Positions 29,409-37,766 of a stretch of DNA of 64,000 bases are shown here, one piece after another (within the stretch, counting starts at the first letter, position 1; every line of letters begins with the position of its first letter). Origin of the DNA: Candidatus Thorarchaeota archaeon (GTDB taxonomy: Archaea; Asgardarchaeota; Thorarchaeia; Thorarchaeales; Thorarchaeaceae); NCBI GenBank assembly GCA_048884965.1, contig JBHLQH010000002.1, positions 98,239-162,238 on the forward strand, written 5' to 3'. A program made the translations under genes and the position numbers. The notes below the pieces were generated by a model, which was not told where the DNA came from, made no database searches, and was given only the letters and a program-made list of their open reading frames with translations.

Positions 29409-30785
29409 ATGAATAAGAACACAACCAGAATCCTACTGGATATTGAGGATATGCCTCGACAGTACGTGAACATCTTGCCATACCTGCAGGAACCACTTCC
29501 GCCACCAATCAATCCAGCGAACAATGAGCCGTTGCCGCCAGAGGCGCTGGAGATGATATTCGTACGGGAATGTGTACGCCAAGAGGTCTCGGACAAGAAG
29601 CGATTGGACATTCCTGACGAGATCCGAGAAGGATTGATCCGGTATGGAAGACCCTCGCCACTACAGAGAGCAATCGGATTGGAGAGATTCCTCAAGACCC
29701 CAGCTAAGATATACTACAAACGAGAAGATGTGACACCTACGGGGAGTCATAAACTCAACACTGCCCTTGCACAAGCATACTATGCCCAGAAGGAAGGCGT
29801 CGAACGCCTTGCGACTGAGACTGGAGCAGGTCAGTGGGGAAGCGCTGTCGCACTTTCATGTGCTCACTTCGATATCGAGGCCATGATATACATGGTTAGG
29901 GTAAGCTACGAACAGAAGAAGTATCGGGGAACATTGATGCGGTCCTTTGGAGCGAAGGTCGTTCCTAGTCCATCTGATCTGACAGAGTTCGGAAGGAAAC
30001 TCAATGCGGAGAATCCTGATCACCCTGGGACCCTTGGCATCGCTATTAGCGAGGCTCTTGAGGATACGCTATCGAATAATAGTACAAAGTACACCCTTGG
30101 CTCTGTTCTGAATCATGTACTGCTACATCAGTCAATCATCGGACAAGAGGCGATGGCACAGTTCAATAGCATTGATACAAGCCCTGACGTCATCATTGGT
30201 TGCGTAGGGGGAGGAAGCAACTTTGGCGGAACTGTCATACCCTTTATCGCTGATAAGAAGTATCAGGATACGAAATTCATTGCCGCTGAGCCTACAGCAT
30301 GCCCAAGTCTGACGAAGGGAGAGTACTGCTATGACTTTGGTGACACTGCAGGTCTTACACCAAAGGTCAAGATGCACAGTCTTGGTGCGACATTCACTCC
30401 ACCAAAAATCCATGCAGGAGGACTAAGGTATCACGGAGTGGCACCCATCATTAGTGCCTTACTGAATGAAGGCAGAATTAGTGCAAGATCGTTCGAACAA
30501 ACTGACACCCTCAGTGCAGGATTGATCTTCGCTCGTACAGAAGGCATTATCCCAGCACCTGAGTCTGCACATGCACTCAAGGCCGCCATGGATGAAGCAA
30601 TACTGGCTAAGAAGACAAATGAGGAGAAGGTCATTCTCGTTACACTGTCAGGTCACGGTCACTTTGACATGGAAGCATATGCCGCTCTCATGAGTGGCGA
30701 ACTTGGCGAGGTGCCTGCACTAGATGCAATGGAAACCAGTGCCAGCGAGCCCGTAGAAGTCTCTGCAGGAGCGGGACATAAGTGA
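29409..30785 (+). CDS. trpB2: Tryptophan synthase beta chain type 2 (stand-alone TrpB-like PLP enzyme)
   Basis: TGSHKLNTA, ETGAGQWG, GSVLNHV, CVGGGSNF, YDFGD, HAGGLRYHG, LSGHGHFD; no trpA nearby. Confidence 0.93.
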   Translation: MNKNTTRILLDIEDMPRQYVNILPYLQEPLPPPINPANNEPLPPEALEMIFVRECVRQEVSDKKRLDIPDEIREGLIRYGRPSPLQRAIGLERFLKTPAKIYYKREDVTPTGSHKLNTALAQAYYAQKEGVERLATETGAGQWGSAVALSCAHFDIEAMIYMVRVSYEQKKYRGTLMRSFGAKVVPSPSDLTEFGRKLNAENPDHPGTLGIAISEALEDTLSNNSTKYTLGSVLNHVLLHQSIIGQEAMAQFNSIDTSPDVIIGCVGGGSNFGGTVIPFIADKKYQDTKFIAAEPTACPSLTKGEYCYDFGDTAGLTPKVKMHSLGATFTPPKIHAGGLRYHGVAPIISALLNEGRISARSFEQTDTLSAGLIFARTEGIIPAPESAHALKAAMDEAILAKKTNEEKVILVTLSGHGHFDMEAYAALMSGELGEVPALDAMETSASEPVEVSAGAGHK

Positions 30786-30882
30786 AGACAGTTCCTGTAA
30801 TAATTCAAACTCACCGTATATGGCGGGATCCAGACATGAAATGGTGGTAAGAACTACCTTGGTAGGAGGGGGCACACCATCG

Positions 30883-30907
30883 TGTTCAGAAATGTACATT
30901 CTGAACA
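30883..30907. promoter_or_regulatory. Inverted repeat (operator or hairpin) upstream of the element B promoter
   Basis: TGTTCAGAA-atgtaca-TTCTGAACA, perfect 9-bp arms. Confidence 0.45.
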
Positions 30908-30921
30908 AAGAATCCAAGTGG

Positions 30922-30930
30922 CTTATATTA
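30922..30930 (+). promoter_or_regulatory. Putative TATA box for RNA element B
   Basis: CTTATATTA about 25 nt upstream of 30951, the same spacing as copy A. Confidence 0.5.
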
Positions 30931-30949
30931 GAACTGACGTTAATCTATA

Positions 30950-31140
30950 CAACCACCTTCGAGGATGTGAAAGCTCACACAGCGTGCAACATGACCAATG
31001 GTATTCAACTCTTCCGGGATTGTACTAATGGCCCGCGAACTCACTCTTCTCCACCTCAAAGCGAACCGGGGGAAACTGTTCAGGTCGCCATTTCCTAACA
31101 TCCTTGCAGCAAGATGGAGGGGATATCCTTGGAGGTGGTT
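30950..31140 (+). ncRNA. Structured RNA element, copy B (free-standing)
   Basis: 15-bp closing stem 30951-30965/31126-31140 with 2 G-U pairs, inner stem 31045-31053/31115-31123, hairpin 31063-31081. Confidence 0.7.
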
Positions 31141-31167
31141 CTTAACCATTGTCCTCAGCATCAGGCA

Positions 31168-31725
31168 TCAAGGAACATTGGAAGGAGGTTCCTTGACATC
31201 CGCGGCTGGAACCCAAGGGGTTCTCCGAGGGATCCAGCGCGGAACATTCTTTTTGTATTCTAAATACTCCTCACCGAACCGTGCTACCAAACCAGGCTCC
31301 TCGGATTTCATGAAATATAGATGATTTCCTAAAAGGAAGAAAAGGCATAGGATAAGAATGGAGAGCGATGGAAGTACGAGAGACTCTCCAAGAAGGATGA
31401 GAAGAACACCAATAATCATCGGATTGCGGACATGACAATAGATGCCAGATACAACTAGCTTTCGTGTTGGGTGGAGAGGTGAGAGGGTCCCTTCCCCTTC
31501 CTTCGCAAACTTCCCGATCGTGATATAGAGAATAAACAACCCGGTGAAGCATGCAATAGCACCAGCTGGAATTCTGAAGACATCCCATGGGGAAGTCATG
31601 TCAAAAGTGAGAGGCCAGATGAACCACAGATCAGTAGATGCAGTGAGATAAATGAGAAGAGATGGAAAGATTATCGTAACAGTGATTGGAAGCATGAAGG
31701 ATAGTGCATGTTGCTTCTTGCTCAT
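31168..31725 (-). CDS. Isoprenylcysteine carboxyl methyltransferase/PEMT-family membrane protein
   Basis: G.GTLSP..PT.KLVVSGIY..VRNPM, EEP.L..RFGEEY.EY...VPRWIP. Confidence 0.85.
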   Translation of the reverse strand: MSKKQHALSFMLPITVTIIFPSLLIYLTASTDLWFIWPLTFDMTSPWDVFRIPAGAIACFTGLFILYITIGKFAKEGEGTLSPLHPTRKLVVSGIYCHVRNPMIIGVLLILLGESLVLPSLSILILCLFFLLGNHLYFMKSEEPGLVARFGEEYLEYKKNVPRWIPRRTPWVPAADVKEPPSNVP

Positions 31726-31740
31726 GTAGTGAACCTCTTC

Positions 31741-33330
31741 CTAGGAACCTGTGGGAAGGTATCCTTTCTTCACAACGGTATCAACTGGATATGTCCAGAG
31801 GTCTGGGAAGTCGATATTGTAGTGAGCGCCACGACACTCTTTTCGCATTCGAGCCATTTTGATAATCAGCTCTGCGACCAACACGATATTGCGCAACTCC
31901 ACCAAGTCTGCAGTCACCTTGAAATCCCAGTAGAATTGATTGATCTCACGAGCTATGAACTCGATTCTGTTCAGAGCACGAATGAGTCTTTTCTGCGAAC
32001 GTACTATTCCCACATAGTGAGCCATTAGTCTGCGAATCTCATCCCAAGTTGCTGAGATGATCACAAGCTCATCAGCATCTGTTGCCTCGCCAGGGTCCCA
32101 AGATGGAACCTCATTGACTACACGGTCCACTTCTAATTCCTGCATAGCTGATTGTGCAGCATTCCTAGCAAGCACAGCAGTCTCAAGAAGCGAATTTGAT
32201 GCCATCCTATTTGCCCCATGAAATCCAGTACTCGCTGTTTCTCCGATAGCATATAGGCCACGAACGTCAGTCCTTCCATGAGTGTCTACCTTGATGCCGC
32301 CCATGAGATAGTGGGCAGCTGGAACTACTGGTATTGGCTCTTTTGTCATATCGATACCAGCCCTCATACAAGTTGCATAGATGGCTGGAAAGCGTTCCTT
32401 GATATATTCAGAATCTTTGAAAGAGATGTCAAGCCAGACATGATCAGCTCCCGTTCTTTTTAGTTCATGGTCAATGGCTCGAGCAACGACATCACGAGGC
32501 GCCAGTTCAGCATCTGGGTGGTATCTATCCATAAAACGCAAGCCATCAGTTCCAAGAAGTATCGCCCCTTCTCCTCGGAGAGCCTCTGAGATCAGTTCTG
32601 AGCGCACCTTAGGATGATAAAGAAGAGTAGGATGGAACTGCACCATTTCCATGTTCATAACCGTCGCTCCCGCTCTATAGGCCATGGCGATCCCATCACC
32701 TGTAGCAACATCCGGATTAGATGTATAGAGAAATACTCGACCAGCACCGCCTGTCGCAAGAACGGTTACTTTTGCTGCGAAACGTTCGACCTCACCTGTA
32801 TTGATATCTAGAACATGTGCACCTTCGACTTGATTGTTCTTTACGTATAGGTTGACTGCGATATGGTTCTCATAGATCGTGATCTTCTTGGATTCTCTCA
32901 CACGATCTGACAATGCTAATTCGATATCTTTGCCAGTGTGGTCCTTAACGTGCAAAACCCGGCGAGCGCTGTGCCCGCCTTCAAGACCAAGATCATACTC
33001 CCCGCAGGAATCATCGATACAGAATTTCACGCCTGCTTTCTCAAGGTCTGAGATTACTTCTGGGCCAGCTTGAATGAACTCTCGCACTACTTCCTCATGA
33101 CAAAGACCTGCTCCAACTCGAATCGTATCCTGGATATGCTTCTCAAAGGAATCCTCCTGTGATACAACAGCGGCTATTCCTCCTTGGGCGCGATATGTAG
33201 CTGAGTCAGTAAGGGACCTCTTTGTTACAAGATTGACAGTCCCTTTCTCTGCTACCTTAAGGGCAAATAGCTGTCCAGAGAGACCACTCCCTATCACAAG
33301 AAAATCAGAGGTGAAGATTTTGTTTGCCAT
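31741..33330 (-). CDS. nadB: L-aspartate oxidase
   Basis: GSGLSG, AQGGIAAV, EGGHSARR, QFHPT, SEALRGEGA, HGANRMASNSL; start MANK at 33330 has a GGTG SD. Confidence 0.93.
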   Translation of the reverse strand: MANKIFTSDFLVIGSGLSGQLFALKVAEKGTVNLVTKRSLTDSATYRAQGGIAAVVSQEDSFEKHIQDTIRVGAGLCHEEVVREFIQAGPEVISDLEKAGVKFCIDDSCGEYDLGLEGGHSARRVLHVKDHTGKDIELALSDRVRESKKITIYENHIAVNLYVKNNQVEGAHVLDINTGEVERFAAKVTVLATGGAGRVFLYTSNPDVATGDGIAMAYRAGATVMNMEMVQFHPTLLYHPKVRSELISEALRGEGAILLGTDGLRFMDRYHPDAELAPRDVVARAIDHELKRTGADHVWLDISFKDSEYIKERFPAIYATCMRAGIDMTKEPIPVVPAAHYLMGGIKVDTHGRTDVRGLYAIGETASTGFHGANRMASNSLLETAVLARNAAQSAMQELEVDRVVNEVPSWDPGEATDADELVIISATWDEIRRLMAHYVGIVRSQKRLIRALNRIEFIAREINQFYWDFKVTADLVELRNIVLVAELIIKMARMRKECRGAHYNIDFPDLWTYPVDTVVKKGYLPTGS

Positions 33331-33440
33331 GGATTGAACCCACCTGACCAATCTAATTCCAACATATACAGGTTGCGCTAAGTTGCTAGTCGAAAGAGAT
33401 AATCGTTGGAGTGTTCTATGGAAGCTGGGAAGATTTGCAC

Positions 33441-34130
33441 ATGAGCGAATGTCCAGATTGCGATATCATGAGAAAGAAGAGCACAGAGAAGGAACTATAC
33501 CCATGTGCTTTGTGTGGCGAAAAGCGATGTGCTGACCATACCATTTGGGTACCTGCACATGAGCTGGATAAGTATAGTGAAGAAGTAACAAGGATTAGAG
33601 AGATGCTCAGAGAAAAACCCCATGCAGGATGGTATGCTTTTTGTGGAAAGGGCACGCATATCCCCAGAGGACTTTCGATTAGGCATGGCAGAAATAGAGA
33701 GGGCGGGAGGATGGTTCAAATGATTCCCAATGATCAGAAGAAAGAGGGACTGGAATTCTTTAATTGGTGGGAAGTCGGAATTATCGAAAACGCGATGGAG
33801 AAATGGTGGGACGTGAGTCATTATGCGCTTTCATGCTCACTGGCACCAGTCATGGTAATAATGGCATATCTTCTACGAGTTGAAACCAACATCAATACTG
33901 CCAAGATGCAGATGTACGAGAAGGGGATTGTGGGAATGGCTTCAAAGAAGGAGTTCTTTATGATACCATCAAAGGATACATTCCTTAAAATGACATCCAC
34001 TGCTTCGAGTGCGAAGGAATTTGTAGACATTATTTGTTTATTATGCGGAATCGTCCCCTGCTTGAATCGGCAGACCGCCTACCATGATGAGAAGAAGTTC
34101 AAAAAGATGCAAAGAGACCCTACTATTTAG
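33441..34130 (+). CDS. Cys/His-rich (Zn-binding) hypothetical protein
   Basis: CPDC, CALC..CADH, CLLC..PC motifs. Confidence 0.7.
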   Translation: MSECPDCDIMRKKSTEKELYPCALCGEKRCADHTIWVPAHELDKYSEEVTRIREMLREKPHAGWYAFCGKGTHIPRGLSIRHGRNREGGRMVQMIPNDQKKEGLEFFNWWEVGIIENAMEKWWDVSHYALSCSLAPVMVIMAYLLRVETNINTAKMQMYEKGIVGMASKKEFFMIPSKDTFLKMTSTASSAKEFVDIICLLCGIVPCLNRQTAYHDEKKFKKMQRDPTI

Positions 34131-34232
34131 GTTCTGTAAGCAACTAATCTAATTGAAACGACTTTTGCAGTTTAGATAAAGGTTTAATAGATACGTAAAT
34201 CGCGGGCCTCATTCGAAAGGGGCCTTATACGA

Positions 34233-35132
34233 ATGGATATAGAAGGTGTCGTGATATTCGACTTGAAATCCGGGATCCCCCTGTTCTCACGTTTGACTAA
34301 GGGGATGGACTCATCACTCTTCTCCAGTTTTGTTGCTGCAATTGGACACTTCTCTAGAGAACTAAAGCTCGGATCCTTGGCGTCCTTCACAACAGAAGAG
34401 AAAATGATTTTCCTTGCGACACAAGCCAATACCATAACAGCATTGATCACACCGACCAGGAAAGAGTGGCAAGAGGCAAATGCTTTGGCAAACGATCTTG
34501 GAAAGCAGTTTGAGGATGGTTTCTATATCCCAGGATGTCTCCAACCGGAAGAGTATGCACCATTTCAAGGGGTCGCTGAGGAGTTCCTTCGGAAGGTCAA
34601 GAACCCCTTCCAAAGCAATGTGGCAAGCTTCATCCATGAGAAATACGGTGGTAGTATCGCTTTCAAGCCACGGCTTATGAAGGAGAACGGCAGCGAAGGG
34701 ACAGTCGATTTGTTGGTTAACCTTGGTATCCGATACGATGATGATTACGAAGCTGCTAAGAATGGAAAAGGGACTCAAGACATCTATTCAGATGCCTATA
34801 TTTTCTGTAAGGTTAGTGAAGGAAGAGTAACCAGAGGCGAAGTCATGGAATTCATAGATTCCCTTGATGGCTTTGGAGTACAAACGATGAAGAAGGATAA
34901 TCTTGAATTCGTCCCATACTTTCCTACTAGGGCAGTCATCATCGCAAGAGAGTTTACGGATCCAGTATTCGACTATTTGAGAAAGTTGCCACGAGAGAAT
35001 GGTTCCATCTTTGTTGATGGTAGCCATGTCTTTGCAGGGCGGAGAATCAAACAGGCGCCAAAGAATGCCAGATGCGTCGTAGAGGTCTATAGATGGCAAG
35101 AGAACGGAGAGCCAGAACCGCTAGAATTCTGA
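34233..35132 (+). CDS. Longin-fold N-terminus fused to a putative PD-(D/E)XK-like domain
   Basis: IEGVVIFDLKSGIPLF...LFSSFVAAIGHFS; C-terminal VDLLV...IFCK...AVIIAREFT. Confidence 0.65.
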   Translation: MDIEGVVIFDLKSGIPLFSRLTKGMDSSLFSSFVAAIGHFSRELKLGSLASFTTEEKMIFLATQANTITALITPTRKEWQEANALANDLGKQFEDGFYIPGCLQPEEYAPFQGVAEEFLRKVKNPFQSNVASFIHEKYGGSIAFKPRLMKENGSEGTVDLLVNLGIRYDDDYEAAKNGKGTQDIYSDAYIFCKVSEGRVTRGEVMEFIDSLDGFGVQTMKKDNLEFVPYFPTRAVIIAREFTDPVFDYLRKLPRENGSIFVDGSHVFAGRRIKQAPKNARCVVEVYRWQENGEPEPLEF

Positions 35133-35134
35133 TA

Positions 35135-35800
35135 TCACCCAATTGTTGTTCCACAGTATGAGCAAGTCACAACCTTGCCTTTCTTGATAAGCTCAGTTTC
35201 AGACGTGCCAAACTTGGAACCACACATGGGACAAAGCCAAATCTTCACATCTGCAGGTAAGGTTTCAACTCTTTCGCCACCAATCTCTTTCAATGCCCGT
35301 TCAGCCCAAGAAGCTAACGCGGCCTGATCCATCCCTTGGAATGCTTCTATTGCTTCATTATAGTAGGGCTTGGCATCTGCCAAGTGACCCATACCTCTGG
35401 TGGCATTACCGATGCCAAAGGCATTCCACCCAGTATACCACTTGTCTGCTATCTTTCGGGCGGCAGTCAATCCTGCAGCAAATGCTTTTGCCGCTTCTTG
35501 ATAGTTCATTTGATGTGAATAGACCTGTCCGATACCCCAGTATGCCGCTGCCTCATAGAAGGAATTCGACACACTACGGGCTTCATTCAAGAGGAGTTCA
35601 TACAATCCTTTTGCCTTCTTCAGATCGCGGGCATTTATCGTACAATCAGCCATGACTCTAAGTGCCTCTGTAGCTCTTGCAGGATTACGCTCCTTGAGAA
35701 ACTGCTTTCTTGCCTTCTCTGCTGAATTGATCCCCTTTTTGAATTCTGAGGATTGATGAAATCTTACTGCTTCTCGCAGAAGTTCTTCTGAGGTCGCCAA
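35135..35800 (-). CDS. TPR protein with C-terminal Zn ribbon
   Basis: TPR-like helices; CPMCG...CSYCG. Confidence 0.8.
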   Translation of the reverse strand: MATSEELLREAVRFHQSSEFKKGINSAEKARKQFLKERNPARATEALRVMADCTINARDLKKAKGLYELLLNEARSVSNSFYEAAAYWGIGQVYSHQMNYQEAAKAFAAGLTAARKIADKWYTGWNAFGIGNATRGMGHLADAKPYYNEAIEAFQGMDQAALASWAERALKEIGGERVETLPADVKIWLCPMCGSKFGTSETELIKKGKVVTCSYCGTTIG

Positions 35801-35862
35801 AGTATCTTCAATCTCCTAGAACATCCGATAACTAAGGAGGATATAAGTCACGCGTCATTGTT

Positions 35863-36750
35863 TCAGGTAGCCGCTGCTTCCCTTTCATCGGATTGCGTTT
35901 CCTCATAAGCCTCGGGCTTGTATTCGAACATTTTGAATCTGGGTAGCTCCAAACTAAGCGTGATGACACCGACCAAGATGAGGACAAATGCTAATGAGGT
36001 CGTTATATCAAAAAGGAGTAAGAATAATTCAGGTGTTATGCCAAAGACAAAGAGTACTGAGGATGCAAATGCAATGAGAATGGATATTACGCTGGTGACA
36101 AAGAGAAGTCTGCTTTTCCTCTTCGGAAGAGATTCCTCTATGAGATAAACCTCGAGGTCGTGAAAAAGATCTGGGTCCATATCAAACAGTAGACGTCGTG
36201 TAACTCGGCCTAATTCAAATCTATGATTGAATAATCGTTGGATAGTTAGAAATGCCCTATGGGGATCATTAGTTCCATTTTGCGCCTCCTCAATGAGATT
36301 CTCAAGGATAGGACTGAGATACCGTGATTTTCCATGGAAGCTATCGAATCTGAAGGAGATAATGAACGCATCCCACCACGAAAGGCCATTGTCCGTCATC
36401 GAAACATAAGTCAATCCAAGAAGAATCAGTGGAAAGAAGACAACGCCGGACACAAAAAGAATAGCTGGCTGAGTTCGTAGGATATCAAAACGAAGTGAAA
36501 GCATCAGAATATAATACCTGAGCCCAAAAAACCCGATAATGCAAGAGCAAACAAGTATTGCACTGATATAGAGGATGGAGAAGCGCATGCTCCGCCCCAT
36601 GGCGTACTTCTCTCCAAGAAATGCCATATTTGAGTGAGGTGAAGCTTCTTCGGTTTTGTAGATTTCAATCGCATGATACTTGTAGAAGACAATTGCAATC
36701 AATAGAACGAATATGAAGAATAGGCTAATTATTGGATGTGCCTGTTGCAT
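35863..36750 (-). CDS. Membrane protein (hypothetical)
   Basis: About 5 TM helices with a soluble middle region. Confidence 0.65.
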   Translation of the reverse strand: MQQAHPIISLFFIFVLLIAIVFYKYHAIEIYKTEEASPHSNMAFLGEKYAMGRSMRFSILYISAILVCSCIIGFFGLRYYILMLSLRFDILRTQPAILFVSGVVFFPLILLGLTYVSMTDNGLSWWDAFIISFRFDSFHGKSRYLSPILENLIEEAQNGTNDPHRAFLTIQRLFNHRFELGRVTRRLLFDMDPDLFHDLEVYLIEESLPKRKSRLLFVTSVISILIAFASSVLFVFGITPELFLLLFDITTSLAFVLILVGVITLSLELPRFKMFEYKPEAYEETQSDEREAAAT

Positions 36751-36814
36751 ACTATCTCCCCAGCCTTATCTCCTCAATGTGAGATATAAGAATATGCACG
36801 AAGTAGGGAATGTA

Positions 36815-37729
36815 CTACGGATTATTTTCTCTAGGAGTCAGGTCTGAGAGTCTAACAAGCGCAACGCCAATAATCGCTACAATTCCTGCTATCAATGCGA
36901 GTAGATAGGGCGGTTCACCTAAAACGAAATCGCCAATCAGGCTGACAAAAGGCACTAAGAAGAGAAATGATGATGCTTTTGGTGCACCTATGACCTCAAT
37001 GGCAGTGAAGTATAAGACATATGCGAGCCCTGAAGCAAGGACTCCTCCAAAGAACAGCCCAAGAATAGTCCAGATATCGAGGATAAATATCAATGTCCCT
37101 CCCTCAATGACAAAGAGAAGAATGAAAGGCAATATCATGAATGAGGAAGACACATGCTTGATCGTCATCACGATATATCGATCCGCTCCCTCTAAGTAAT
37201 GCAATGTGATAGTATATGCTGCCCACGATAGCATGCCTATGATAGCCAATGTGACCCCAAATTCTACACCAGAAGATGAGTTTAATGTGTTCCAGAGGAA
37301 GAGAAATCCAGCCACCAACCCCAAGATGAATCCAGCTACCTTCTTGACAGATAACGACTCTCCCAGGTATATCACGCCAAAGATAAGAACAACAATAGGA
37401 CAGAGATTAACTATAATCGAGGTCGTACCAGATGAAATGAACTCAGCACTCATATGAGTTGAAATCACGAAGATTGCTGAGAAGAAAGCACTGATGAGGA
37501 GAATTCTGGCATACGGTGCTATGTGATTTCGCATTTCGTGAAGTGACCTTCGTTGAGCCCCTAGGACAAAAATCATTGTCATGGCTCCAAGAACATATCT
37601 AAAGAATCCATAGAGAATACCGGACACATGTATCGGATCGAACCCTGATAGCAAACGGGCTATGATGAAATTTATTCCCCACAGCGCAATGATGATTGCA
37701 AGTAAGATATATGGTCTAGAGCTCCTCAC
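36815..37729 (-). CDS. DMT/EamA-family transporter
   Basis: WGINF, 10 TM, YLGESLS, SGLAYVLY...IGA.KAS. Confidence 0.88.
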   Translation of the reverse strand: MRSSRPYILLAIIIALWGINFIIARLLSGFDPIHVSGILYGFFRYVLGAMTMIFVLGAQRRSLHEMRNHIAPYARILLISAFFSAIFVISTHMSAEFISSGTTSIIVNLCPIVVLIFGVIYLGESLSVKKVAGFILGLVAGFLFLWNTLNSSSGVEFGVTLAIIGMLSWAAYTITLHYLEGADRYIVMTIKHVSSSFMILPFILLFVIEGGTLIFILDIWTILGLFFGGVLASGLAYVLYFTAIEVIGAPKASSFLFLVPFVSLIGDFVLGEPPYLLALIAGIVAIIGVALVRLSDLTPRENNP

Positions 37730-37766
37730 ATGCGCGGCGGAATCTCAGCGATACTTAGAGTTTGCG

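Noticed and set aside
30835-30884. SECIS-like hairpin (ATGAA-stem)
   Set aside because: No GA or A partner on the 3' side, and no gene with a plausible in-frame UGA was found nearby
29164-31140. FMN, lysine or cobalamin riboswitch, RNase P RNA or SRP RNA as the identity of the twin elements
   Set aside because: Only isolated words match (e.g. GCCCGCGA, GAGGAA); the diagnostic conserved blocks of those families are missing
30820-31324. ORF-track calls 30820-31098, 30940-31161 and 30998-31324 (also 28986-29228 and 29212-29412)
   Set aside because: No protein-like motifs; they overlap the RNA elements and are better explained as incidental frames
31168-31725. ICMT acting on the Rab-like GTPase (prenylation pathway)
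   Set aside because: The GTPase ends in KHIGR with no CAAX or CC motif, and this family is widespread in prokaryotes
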